This document shows, one piece after another, positions 35,987 to 45,392 of a DNA stretch of 64,000 nt. The first letter of the stretch is position 1. The number at the start of each line of letters is the position of its first letter. The stretch is from an uncultured Bacteroidales bacterium (GTDB lineage: Bacteria; Bacteroidota; Bacteroidia; Bacteroidales; GCA-2748055): NCBI GenBank assembly GCA_963751705.1, contig CAVVVN010000001.1, positions 493,329 through 557,328 on the forward strand. The letters are read 5' to 3'. Under the pieces are notes generated by a model. That model saw only the letters and a program-made list of their open reading frames with translations. It was not told where the DNA came from and made no database searches. The position numbers and the translations under genes were made by a program.

Positions 35987-36421
35987 ATGGATGTGAAAAT
36001 CGTCAACCGTTCAGATAACCCTCTTCCGGAGTACAGCACCACGAGTTCGGCGGGAATGGACCTCCGGGCGAAGCTGGATCAGGATGTAAGCCTGAAACCC
36101 CTGGAGCGAAAACTAATCCCCACGGGATTATTTATCGAGCTACCGCCAGGATTTGAGGCTCAAATCAGACCCAGAAGTGGATTGGCATTAAAAAAAGGGA
36201 TTTCAGTTTTGAATACTCCCGGAACCATTGATGCCGACTACAGGGGAGAAATAGGAATTATTTTGGTGAACCTTTCATCTGAGGAGTTTGTGGTTAAGAA
36301 CGGAGAACGAATTTGCCAGATGGTGATCAACAAAGTGGAAAGCATTAAATGGAAGCAGGTAGAATCCCTGGAGGAATCCATACGCGGAACCGGTGGATTC
36401 GGACATACGGGCACAAAATAA
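35987..36421 (+). CDS. dut: dUTP diphosphatase
   Basis: [28 protein letters not shown] and [10 protein letters not shown] motifs. Confidence 0.95.
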   Translation: MDVKIVNRSDNPLPEYSTTSSAGMDLRAKLDQDVSLKPLERKLIPTGLFIELPPGFEAQIRPRSGLALKKGISVLNTPGTIDADYRGEIGIILVNLSSEEFVVKNGERICQMVINKVESIKWKQVESLEESIRGTGGFGHTGTK

Positions 36422-36428
36422 ACAGAGA

Positions 36429-38135
36429 ATGAAGAGAAAAGCGCTTACAGGCCTGGTGATGGGGGTATTCTTTTTCCTGGCCGTTGTGGTTCAGGGGCAG
36501 GAAGAGGAGGACAACAAGGATTACCAGTATGTGTTGATAGAAGCGGTGAAGCAAAAAAACCTGGGTAATTTACCGGAGGCCGTGAAGCTCTATAATCTGG
36601 TTATCAAAGACAAACCGGATTGTGCAGTGGCCTATTATGAATCTGGTTCCATTTATCTTGTTACCAATCAATATCAACTTGCCCGCAGATACCTGGCACG
36701 GTCTTTTGAACTTGAACCGGGAAATGAATGGTTTACCATTGCCTTTCTGAATGCCCTTGGAGCGCTGGAAGAATATAAAGAAGCTGCTGAAATCCTGAAG
36801 GACAAAATCAAAAGTGATCCGGACGAACCAGAATGGGAGTTCAAACTTGCTGTGACCTATTTTACTATGGGAAAAACGGCAAAGGCCAGAAAAATACTGG
36901 ATAAAATAGAAAAGGAGAAAGGATTCAGCGAGAAAATAACTCTATTGAAGGCCTCCATATACGAGAGTGAAGAAAAATACGAACTGGCTACAAAGGAGAT
37001 AGAAAGGGTGATGAGCATATTCCCGGAAGCTATTCAGTTTCGCATTGTGGCCGCGGAATTATGTTTAAAGAACGGAGATCAGGATGCTGCCGCCCAATAT
37101 TATCTGGAAATTCTGGAAGTAGATAGTCTGAATATATTTGCTCTAACCAATTTGACGGACTATTACCGGCAAAAGGAGGATTTCAGGAACAGTTATAAAT
37201 ATCTGGCAAAATCCTTCAGTAGTGAGCAGATAGAAGTGAGCAGAAAAACAGCCATACTATCTTATTATTTATCTGATGATGAGCATGTTCAACTGTATTT
37301 CAAGGAACTTAACCGGGTGATTGAAGCATTCACTGAGACTCACCCGGATGAAAGTGATGTCCGATTGCTGGCCGCAGATTTCTATATACAGAACCTGGAT
37401 TATACAAAGGCTTACGCTAATTTAAAGCACTACCTGGAGCTTCAGAAAGGCACCTTCAATATATATATGCAGGCGATATTGCTGGCCAATGCGGCCGCTA
37501 TGGATGAGGAACTTATTTACATGACGGGGAAAGCTTTGGAAATGTATCCCGACAGCAGTGATATCAAGTTTTTCAGGGGCCTGGCTTTATATCAGAACGG
37601 AAGTTTTGAGGAGCTTATTCTCAACTTCGAGGGGGTTTCACACGACCAGTACACCTCTCCTGAGTATGCGTCGCAGGCGAAAATGCTTATTGCTGAGGCG
37701 TATTACCGAACCGGCGATTTTACAAAGTCAGACTCTTTGTTTGAGGCTCTGATCATGGAAGATCCGGGGAATTATATGGTTTTAAACAACTATAGTTATT
37801 ACCTGGCGGAGCGGGGAGAAAAGCTCGAAAAGGCTAAAGAATGGAGCGGGTTGGTGGTAAAAAACAATCCGGACAATGCTACATTCTTGGACACCTATGC
37901 CTGGGTATTATACAAGTTGCAATCTTTCGAAGAAGCAGAGAGATATATCCTGGCGGCCCTGGATAAGGGAGGAGAAAATGATCCTGAAGTAAACGAACAC
38001 GCAGGAGATATTCAGGTGGAATTGGAAAGTTATCAGATTGCAAGATCCTATTATTTAAAAGCCATTATACTGGGTGGAAACAGGGATACTCTTGAAAAGA
38101 AAATTTCCAGCGCAAAAGCAAAGGAGAATGAGTAG
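36429..38135 (+). CDS. TPR-repeat protein, secreted or periplasmic
   Basis: ATG 36429 gives the signal-like start MKRKALTGLVMGVFFFLAVVVQG (the ORF-track start 36393 overlaps dut). Multiple 34-aa A/Y/L repeat units. Confidence 0.75.
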   Translation: MKRKALTGLVMGVFFFLAVVVQGQEEEDNKDYQYVLIEAVKQKNLGNLPEAVKLYNLVIKDKPDCAVAYYESGSIYLVTNQYQLARRYLARSFELEPGNEWFTIAFLNALGALEEYKEAAEILKDKIKSDPDEPEWEFKLAVTYFTMGKTAKARKILDKIEKEKGFSEKITLLKASIYESEEKYELATKEIERVMSIFPEAIQFRIVAAELCLKNGDQDAAAQYYLEILEVDSLNIFALTNLTDYYRQKEDFRNSYKYLAKSFSSEQIEVSRKTAILSYYLSDDEHVQLYFKELNRVIEAFTETHPDESDVRLLAADFYIQNLDYTKAYANLKHYLELQKGTFNIYMQAILLANAAAMDEELIYMTGKALEMYPDSSDIKFFRGLALYQNGSFEELILNFEGVSHDQYTSPEYASQAKMLIAEAYYRTGDFTKSDSLFEALIMEDPGNYMVLNNYSYYLAERGEKLEKAKEWSGLVVKNNPDNATFLDTYAWVLYKLQSFEEAERYILAALDKGGENDPEVNEHAGDIQVELESYQIARSYYLKAIILGGNRDTLEKKISSAKAKENE

Positions 38136-38865
38136 GATTCGTTCGGGTTTAATCATTTCTGCAATTTTTTTACTCAGTCAATGCGGAGTAATGAAAGAGA
38201 CCATTCAGCCGGTTAATCGCGAGCTGGTGGGCGTGGAGGGGCTGCTTCAAAAGTGTCAGAACAATGATACCATCAGAAGCATTTTAATTAATAAGGCAGA
38301 AGCGATCCTGACTTTTGATAATGAACGCTATGAGGTTACCGTGACCCTTTATTCCAAGAGGGATTCGATCATATATCTTTCAGCAGTAAACAGCGGGTTT
38401 GAAATATTACGGGCCTCGGTAAAACATGATTCCATACGGGTGATTAACCGCATGGATAAGATTGTATACCGGGCTCCGCTTAAAAGAAAGTATGGGTATC
38501 AGTATCCGGTGGACTTTAAGGATTTGCAGAATCTGATTTGTTCCTGCTATTTATGTAATGATCTTGATATGGCCAGGGATGATCGTATAAACAGCGTAGT
38601 CTTCGAATTTGATGAGATGCGGATTAAGAAAAGAATCTCTTTAAACAGGATTGGCCTGGATTTACGTATTTTTGAATTTTATCACCAGGAAACTCACAAA
38701 TATTTAATGGGCGAACGGAGAGACGATTCCTTTAAAATATATTCGAATTTTATGATAAGCGAATTCGAAATAGTGGCCCGCGGGGGAAATCGTTCCTTTA
38801 ACCGGGATATCGACATTAAAATGGATGTGAATCCCAGAAAATATTCATTTACAGAGCTAAGATGA
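38128..38865 (+). CDS. DUF4292-like (LolB-like fold) lipoprotein
   Basis: ATG 38128 gives a lipobox, MSRIRSGLIISAIFLLSQCG. It sits between the TPR and M23 genes, as is commonly seen in Bacteroidota. Confidence 0.55.
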   Translation: MSRIRSGLIISAIFLLSQCGVMKETIQPVNRELVGVEGLLQKCQNNDTIRSILINKAEAILTFDNERYEVTVTLYSKRDSIIYLSAVNSGFEILRASVKHDSIRVINRMDKIVYRAPLKRKYGYQYPVDFKDLQNLICSCYLCNDLDMARDDRINSVVFEFDEMRIKKRISLNRIGLDLRIFEFYHQETHKYLMGERRDDSFKIYSNFMISEFEIVARGGNRSFNRDIDIKMDVNPRKYSFTELR

Positions 38866-40049
38866 AAAGAGCTATTGCCGTTCTATTTGCACTTACGCTT
38901 ATTGCCGGGGTCTCTTATGGGCAATCAAAGGAAGAGCTGCAATTACAGAAGCAAAAAGCTTATGATGATCTGAAGCTTACAAAAGAGCTAATGGAAAAGA
39001 CGTCGGCCCAACGATCTAACACCGTGAAACAGCTGCGTCTTCTTCAAAACGGGATCAACGCCAGAGCCAGATTAATCTCTACGCTGGAAGAAGAAGTGAT
39101 CTTGTTGAACAATCAAATTAGAGATACGGAGATAGAAATGGGCCAGTTGAGCCAGGAAAATAAGAAGAATAAGGAGGAGTATGCCCGTTTAATCTATTAT
39201 GCTTACAGAAATCACACCGATTATGAAAAACTGATGTATCTGTTGGCAGGCGCTACCATATCACAGTCTTATCAGCGTTACAAATACTTAAAATACATCA
39301 GTGATTACCGGGTTCAAAAAGCGGAAGAGATTGAGGCCTTCATGGAGGAATTGGACCGGAAGAAAAGACAACTGAATGAGCTCAAGAATGAAAAACAGCA
39401 AGCATTGGAAGCGAAAGAATCCGAGCAGGGAAACTTGCTTGTTCAAAGGAGCCGGGAAACAGAACTGGTAAACAACCTAAACAAACGGGAGGCTCAGTTG
39501 AGAGAAGAGCTTAGAGAGAAAGAGAGGATCGCCAGGGAGCTGGAAGCGCGGATACGAGAGATCATTGAAGAGGAGGCGAGAAGGCTTAACTCGTCCAATA
39601 TTTACGCCGCCCTGACCCCTGAACAGGAGCTGGTTGGAAGTGATTTCAGAAAGAACAAAGGAAAATTGCCCTGGCCAGTGGAAAAGGGTATAATAACGGC
39701 GGGTTTCGGAAACCAGGAAGTCCCGGGATTACGAGGTTCGAGCGTTCAAAATAATGGGGTGGATTTTACCAGTGCTGCCGGGACAGAGGTTAGGGCGGTG
39801 TTTGAAGGAGAAGTGACTAAAGTTTTTGCAATTCTGGGTGCCAATTATACCGTGCTGATCAGGCACGGAGAGTTTCTGTCCGTCTATCAGAACCTGGTGA
39901 ATGTGAGGGTTAAGACCGGTGATAAAGTGTTGACCAAGGAAAGGTTAGGAGAGGCTTTCACGGATGAAACTGAGAATGTAGCTTCGGTACATTTTGAAGT
40001 GTGGCAGGAGAGGAATATACTTAACCCCGAGGATTGGATAAGTAAATAA
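38862..40049 (+). CDS. M23-family peptidase / murein hydrolase activator (EnvC-like coiled coil + LytM domain)
   Basis: Signal peptide, long coiled coil, and a C-terminal LytM-like region (NNGVDFTSAAGTEVRAVFEGEV...HFEVW). Confidence 0.82.
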   Translation: MKRAIAVLFALTLIAGVSYGQSKEELQLQKQKAYDDLKLTKELMEKTSAQRSNTVKQLRLLQNGINARARLISTLEEEVILLNNQIRDTEIEMGQLSQENKKNKEEYARLIYYAYRNHTDYEKLMYLLAGATISQSYQRYKYLKYISDYRVQKAEEIEAFMEELDRKKRQLNELKNEKQQALEAKESEQGNLLVQRSRETELVNNLNKREAQLREELREKERIARELEARIREIIEEEARRLNSSNIYAALTPEQELVGSDFRKNKGKLPWPVEKGIITAGFGNQEVPGLRGSSVQNNGVDFTSAAGTEVRAVFEGEVTKVFAILGANYTVLIRHGEFLSVYQNLVNVRVKTGDKVLTKERLGEAFTDETENVASVHFEVWQERNILNPEDWISK

Positions 40050-40108
40050 CGATTTTTTGGAACCTTTGAGGAATAGGCACCGTATAAGAAGCGTCCATTG
40101 GAATTGTT

Positions 40109-40504
40109 ATGAGAAAAGATCTGAATATTCCCTCTGAAATAGGAAACCTAAGTTTGGTAGAGAAGGCCATTGATGAATTGTCGCTGGAACTTGATTTAAG
40201 CGATGAAGTTTATGGGAATGTGCTTGTGGCTACCATGGAGGCAACAAACAACGCAATTATACATGGCAACAATTCCGATCCGGAAAAACATGTAAAAATC
40301 GAAATTTTGTGCGAGCAGAAAGAGCTGCAGGTACACATTGAGGATCAGGGAGTAGGATTTGATTATTCAACCGTACCCGATCCTACAGCTCCTGAAAATT
40401 TGGAGAAAATAAACGGGCGGGGAATCTTTTTAATGGAACGGCTTTCAGATGAAATTGTATATCTGGAAGATGGCCGAATAGTCGTGCTTAAGTTCAGGAT
40501 TTAG
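40109..40504 (+). CDS. RsbW/SpoIIAB-type anti-sigma-factor-like serine kinase (HATPase_c_2)
   Basis: N-box EATNNAIIHG, G1 box EDQGVGF and G2 box NGRGIFLM; 131 aa. Confidence 0.75.
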   Translation: MRKDLNIPSEIGNLSLVEKAIDELSLELDLSDEVYGNVLVATMEATNNAIIHGNNSDPEKHVKIEILCEQKELQVHIEDQGVGFDYSTVPDPTAPENLEKINGRGIFLMERLSDEIVYLEDGRIVVLKFRI

Positions 40505-40929
40505 TGTCCGTCACATTTCATACCGAAAATCAAAAATTTTCTTTTAAGCAAAAGCTGCGGCATAAACGCTGGATCAAATTCTGGATTGATTCGCAACATG
40601 CGGTATGCGGAAAGATAGCTTTTGTATTTACGTCAAACGAGCAGATCAAGCTTATTAACCGTGAGTATTTAAACCACAACGACTTCACAGATGTTATAAC
40701 TTTTGACTATACAGAAGGGAAGGCGATCTCAGGAGATATTTTTATAAGTATCGATCAGGTCAGGCTAAATGCCCGGAGTTATGGTAAAGAAGAAGAGGAT
40801 GAATTACGCAGAGTAATGGTTCATGGGGTACTACATTTACTTGGGTATGGGGATGGTAATAAGGAAGAGAGAAGAACCATGCGTCAAATGGAAAATGAAG
40901 CATTACATTTGTGGTTGAAAATGGTTTAG
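40504..40929 (+). CDS. ybeY: rRNA maturation endoribonuclease YbeY
   Basis: TDVITFDY and zinc motif HGVLHLLGYGD. The GTG start shares one base with the upstream TAG. Confidence 0.92.
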   Translation: MSVTFHTENQKFSFKQKLRHKRWIKFWIDSQHAVCGKIAFVFTSNEQIKLINREYLNHNDFTDVITFDYTEGKAISGDIFISIDQVRLNARSYGKEEEDELRRVMVHGVLHLLGYGDGNKEERRTMRQMENEALHLWLKMV

Positions 40930-40930
40930 A

Positions 40931-42805
40931 ATGAAAGCTCAGTACGATGTGATTGTGGTTGGCGCTGGCCATGCGGGCTGCGAGGCTGCTTCCGCAGCTG
41001 CGAATATGGGATCCAGGACCCTGTTGATCACCATGGATATGACAAAATATGCACAGATGTCATGCAATCCAGCCATGGGGGGTATCGCTAAAGGTCAAAT
41101 AATCAGAGAGATAGACGCAATAGGGGGCTATTCGGGAGTTGTCACTGACCGGGCCATGATTCAATTTAGAATGTTAAACAGGAGCAAAGGACCCGCTATG
41201 TGGAGCCCCAGGGCACAATGCGACAGATGGCTCTTTACCCTGGAATGGAGGAAAATTCTAGAGGGACTTCCAAACCTGGAGTTCTGGCAGGACACGGTAA
41301 ATAGCCTGATAATTGAAGACGATCAGGTTCGGGGAGTTGAAACCATTATGGGAATTAGCTTTACAGCCAGGAAGGTTATCCTAACTGCGGGAACTTTTAT
41401 TAATGGCTTGATGCATGTTGGGAAAGTGCAAATGAAGGGAGGAAGGATGGGAGACTCACCCTCTTTCGGCTTGAGTGAACAATTGGCGAAGCATGGCTTT
41501 GAGGTGGGTCGTATGAAAACAGGGACCCCGGCACGGATCGATGGCAGAAGTATTGACTTTGAAAAGCTCCAGGAACAACCCGGAGATATGGAGTACAGGA
41601 AATTTTCCTACCTGGATTATGAAATGGACTATAGCAATCATAGGAGCTGTTATATAGCTTATACAAATCTGACAGTACATTCTGAGTTGGAAAAGGGCTT
41701 TACTGACAGCCCCATGTTTGATGGCACCATTCAGAGTATTGGTCCGCGCTATTGCCCAAGCATTGAAGATAAAATAGTGACTTTTTCAGAGAAGGAGGAG
41801 CATCAGTTGTTTCTGGAACCAGAAGGGCTAGAAACCATCGAATATTATATCAATGGATTTTCTTCTTCTTTGCCATGGGAGGTACAGTACAATGCTTTGT
41901 TGCAGATCGAAGGTCTTGAACATGTCAAAGTGTTCCGGCCCGGCTACGCCATTGAATATGATTACTACCCCCCCACCCAACTTTACCATACCCTGGAGAC
42001 AAAGAAATTAAAGAACCTTTACTTCGCTGGTCAGATCAACGGAACTACCGGATACGAAGAAGCTGGTGCGCAGGGTTTGATGGCAGGGATCAATGCAAGC
42101 CTTCGAATCAATGGAGATGAAGAGTTTGTGTTGGGAAGAGACCAGGCCTATATCGGTGTCCTTATTGATGATCTGGTAACCAAAGGAGTTGATGAACCCT
42201 ACAGGATGTTTACCTCGAGGGCTGAATACCGGATTTTATTGCGGCAGGACAATGCGGATGAGAGACTGACAGAATTGAGTGCAAGAATGGGCCTGGCAAA
42301 CATTGAACGTGTGAAGCTTTTACAAAGCAAGAGGGAGCTTGTAAATAGCCTGGTTGATTTTATGAAGTCCTATAGTGTGGCTCCTGCTGAGATCAATGAG
42401 TTCCTGAACAGATCACAAACTTCCCCTCTGAAGCAGAAGGTGAAATTAATAGAGCTAGCTAAGCGCCCACAGGTAATACTAAACGAATTAATAGAAGAGA
42501 TAGATGGTCTTCGGAAGGTTAAAGAAAAATGTGGCCGCAGGGCAGGAGAAGTTATTGAGGCGGCTGAAATAGCCATAAAGTACGAAGGGTATATTGCCCG
42601 GGAACGAATCATGGCCGATAAGATAAAGCGCCTGGAAAAAATAAGACTGGATGAAAAATTTGATTACGACCGTCTAAAAAGTATTAGCACCGAGGCCAGG
42701 CAAAAGCTGGGCAGAATTAAACCAAGGTCTATTGGACAGGCCTCAAGAATATCCGGCGTCTCTCCCAGCGACATAAGTGTACTGCTCATATATATGGGCA
42801 GGTAG
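40931..42805 (+). CDS. mnmG: tRNA uridine 5-carboxymethylaminomethyl modification enzyme MnmG
   Basis: YDVIVVGAGHAGCEAA FAD motif, GPRYCPSIEDK and a C-terminal GidA-associated region. Confidence 0.96.
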   Translation: MKAQYDVIVVGAGHAGCEAASAAANMGSRTLLITMDMTKYAQMSCNPAMGGIAKGQIIREIDAIGGYSGVVTDRAMIQFRMLNRSKGPAMWSPRAQCDRWLFTLEWRKILEGLPNLEFWQDTVNSLIIEDDQVRGVETIMGISFTARKVILTAGTFINGLMHVGKVQMKGGRMGDSPSFGLSEQLAKHGFEVGRMKTGTPARIDGRSIDFEKLQEQPGDMEYRKFSYLDYEMDYSNHRSCYIAYTNLTVHSELEKGFTDSPMFDGTIQSIGPRYCPSIEDKIVTFSEKEEHQLFLEPEGLETIEYYINGFSSSLPWEVQYNALLQIEGLEHVKVFRPGYAIEYDYYPPTQLYHTLETKKLKNLYFAGQINGTTGYEEAGAQGLMAGINASLRINGDEEFVLGRDQAYIGVLIDDLVTKGVDEPYRMFTSRAEYRILLRQDNADERLTELSARMGLANIERVKLLQSKRELVNSLVDFMKSYSVAPAEINEFLNRSQTSPLKQKVKLIELAKRPQVILNELIEEIDGLRKVKEKCGRRAGEVIEAAEIAIKYEGYIARERIMADKIKRLEKIRLDEKFDYDRLKSISTEARQKLGRIKPRSIGQASRISGVSPSDISVLLIYMGR

Positions 42806-42818
42806 TTCCACGTGGAAC
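42805..42818. repeat. perfect 14-bp palindrome GTTCCACGTGGAAC starting on the last base of the mnmG stop codon
   Basis: Read directly from the sequence. It is either a hairpin (5-bp stem, ACGT loop) or a dimeric-regulator site. Confidence 0.9.
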
Positions 42819-42840
42819 GTTTCGGATAAAATCCAGAAAT

Positions 42841-43398
42841 ATGAAGAAAGAAAATGCCGTAAGTTTTTTGAAAGAAGCAACGCGCTCCATTCCGGATTAT
42901 CCGAAACCAGGAATCATATTCCGGGATTTGACAACGATTTTTCAAAACGGGGAGGCCTTTGCATTGGCCCTTGAAATGTTGAAGGATTGTTTACTGGATG
43001 AAAAAGCCGCACAAAAGTCTTTCGAGAAGTTTGCTGGAATTGAGGCAAGGGGATTTGTTTTGGCGGGGGCACTTGCTGCAAAAATGGGAGGCGGGGTGGT
43101 TTTGTTGAGGAAGCCGGGAAAGCTTCCTTATCAAAAAAGAAGAATAGAATATAAGTTAGAATATGGAGAAGATGCCCTGGAAATGCATGTGGATACAATT
43201 AGTCCTGGAGAGAAAGTTGTTGTGGTGGATGATCTTCTTGCAACAGGAGGAACTGCGGAAGCAGGTTGTAGACTGGTGGAGGAGGCGGGAGGAATAATCG
43301 TTAAAGTTATATTCCTGGTTGAGCTTCCTGAGCTGGAAGGAAGAAAAAAACTCAGCACTTATGATGTGGACTCTATTATTACATTTGAAGGGCACTAA
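42841..43398 (+). CDS. apt: adenine phosphoribosyltransferase
   Basis: IPDYPKPGIIFRDLT and PRPP motif VVVVDDLLATGGTAEA. Confidence 0.93.
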   Translation: MKKENAVSFLKEATRSIPDYPKPGIIFRDLTTIFQNGEAFALALEMLKDCLLDEKAAQKSFEKFAGIEARGFVLAGALAAKMGGGVVLLRKPGKLPYQKRRIEYKLEYGEDALEMHVDTISPGEKVVVVDDLLATGGTAEAGCRLVEEAGGIIVKVIFLVELPELEGRKKLSTYDVDSIITFEGH

Positions 43399-43582
43399 TT
43401 CGCCTGGAAGGGAATATAACATGCCTCAGCTTTTTTAGAGAGAGGTCTTTTAAAAGGGCATAAAGATGAGGCCCTTAGAGATAAAAATGCCCCCCTGAGG
43501 ATCAGATTTAGAGCCGGGAGAATGCCATATTTAGTTGGGAGGTGGCCCATGACACGGAAGGTGCATTATAGACAGGCTTAAA

Positions 43583-45391
43583 ATGAGTGATAAATTTGAT
43601 ATTTCCACAATTCTTTCATCCCTGACAGATCAATCCGGGGTATATCAGTTTTATGATAAGAATGGAGAAATCATTTATATTGGAAAAGCAAAAAATCTAA
43701 AGAAACGGGTCTCTTCCTATTTCACCAAAAAGAAGTTCGAATCCTATAAGATTAAAGTACTGGTTGATCGGATCGATGATTTGAAAGTCATCGTGGTGGA
43801 TAGTGAATCCGATGCACTTCTGCTGGAAAACAATCTGATCAAAAAACACCAACCCCGGTATAACATTCTTTTAAAAGACGATAAAACTTTCCCCTGGATC
43901 TGTATTAAGAATGAACCCTTCCCCCGGGTATTTTCTACCAGGACCATTATTAATGACGGGTCAAAATATTATGGACCCTATACTTCAGCCTATGCGGTGA
44001 AAATCCTGCTTGGCCTGATTCGCCAGCTTTATCAATTAAGAACATGCAAGCTATCCTTAAGTGAGCAGAATATAAAAGCGGAAAAATTCAAAGTATGCCT
44101 CGAGTATCATATTGGAAATTGTAAAGGCCCGTGTATTGGATTACAAAGTCCGGAGGAGTATGAAAAGAATATCAGTCAAATCAGGGATATTATAAAAGGG
44201 AACCTAAGTGATGTACTCACCTATTTGAAGGGTGAAATGAAAAAATACGCTGCGGAATTTAAGTTTGAGGAGGCTAACCGGTTTAAGGAGAAGATCGAAA
44301 TCTTATCCCGGTATCAAAGTAAATCCACCATTGTTAATTCCGCCATTCACGATGTGGAGGTTTATAGCATCATAAGTGATGAAAAGGAAGCCTTTGTTAA
44401 CTTTCTAAAGGTGGTAAAAGGAGCCATCGTTCAAGCTCATACGGTGGAGATCAAGAAAAAACTTGATGAAGAGGATAAGGAGCTACTAGCCTTTGCCCTT
44501 ACCGATATCCGGAACAGGACTGAAAGCAGCTCCAGAGAAATTATCGTTCCGGTGGAAATGAAGGAGTATTTTCCTCATTTGAAAATTACAGTTCCGAAAC
44601 GGGGCGATAAATTAAAGCTGCTGGAGTTGTCCTTAAGAAATGCGAAAAGCTACAAGCTGGAAAAAATGAAAAGGAGTGGGTCAAAGAAAACAGCAGGAGC
44701 GACAGAAAGAGTACTCAAAGCCGTGCAAGCTGATTTCAGGCTTAAGGAATTACCCAGGCATATAGAGTGTTTTGATAATAGCAATATGCAGGGAAGCGAA
44801 CCGGTTGCGGCCTGTGTTGTCTTCAAGAACGGGAAGCCGCAAAAGAAAGAATATCGGCACTATAATATTAAGGAGGTAGAGGGAATTGATGATTTTGCAT
44901 CCATGAAAGAGGTTGTATACAGGCGCTATAAAAGGCTATTAGATGAGAAACAAGCCCTTCCGCAGCTGATCGTGGTCGATGGGGGAAAAGGCCAGTTGAG
45001 CTCAGCCCTGAGCAGTCTGGACCAGCTTAATCTCCGGGGTAAAATTGCCATTGTTGGAATTGCCAAGAAGCTGGAAGAGATCTATTTTCCAGGGGATCCG
45101 GTCCCTCTCTATATTGATAAAAATTCAGAATCTTTGAAGCTGATTCAGAATCTCAGAAATGAGGCGCATAGATTTGGAATTACATTTCACCGGCTGAAAC
45201 GCTCGGGAGCTATGACCAGCTCCGCCATGGAAGGAATAAGTGGAATAGGGAAAAGATCCATTGAGAAATTGTTCAAACGGTTTAAATCCATAGATGGGAT
45301 AAAAATGGCGACCATCGAGGAGCTCACGGAAGAGGTGGGATTATCCAGGGCGAGGCTCATACAGGAACATTTTCAACAGAGGCGGAACTAA
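43583..45391 (+). CDS. uvrC: excinuclease ABC subunit C
   Basis: GIY-YIG domain (GVYQFYDKNGEIIYIGKAKNLKKRV), a Cys cluster, an Endo V-like domain (ECFDNSN) and a C-terminal HhH region. Confidence 0.95.
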   Translation: MSDKFDISTILSSLTDQSGVYQFYDKNGEIIYIGKAKNLKKRVSSYFTKKKFESYKIKVLVDRIDDLKVIVVDSESDALLLENNLIKKHQPRYNILLKDDKTFPWICIKNEPFPRVFSTRTIINDGSKYYGPYTSAYAVKILLGLIRQLYQLRTCKLSLSEQNIKAEKFKVCLEYHIGNCKGPCIGLQSPEEYEKNISQIRDIIKGNLSDVLTYLKGEMKKYAAEFKFEEANRFKEKIEILSRYQSKSTIVNSAIHDVEVYSIISDEKEAFVNFLKVVKGAIVQAHTVEIKKKLDEEDKELLAFALTDIRNRTESSSREIIVPVEMKEYFPHLKITVPKRGDKLKLLELSLRNAKSYKLEKMKRSGSKKTAGATERVLKAVQADFRLKELPRHIECFDNSNMQGSEPVAACVVFKNGKPQKKEYRHYNIKEVEGIDDFASMKEVVYRRYKRLLDEKQALPQLIVVDGGKGQLSSALSSLDQLNLRGKIAIVGIAKKLEEIYFPGDPVPLYIDKNSESLKLIQNLRNEAHRFGITFHRLKRSGAMTSSAMEGISGIGKRSIEKLFKRFKSIDGIKMATIEELTEEVGLSRARLIQEHFQQRRN

Positions 45392-45392
45392 T

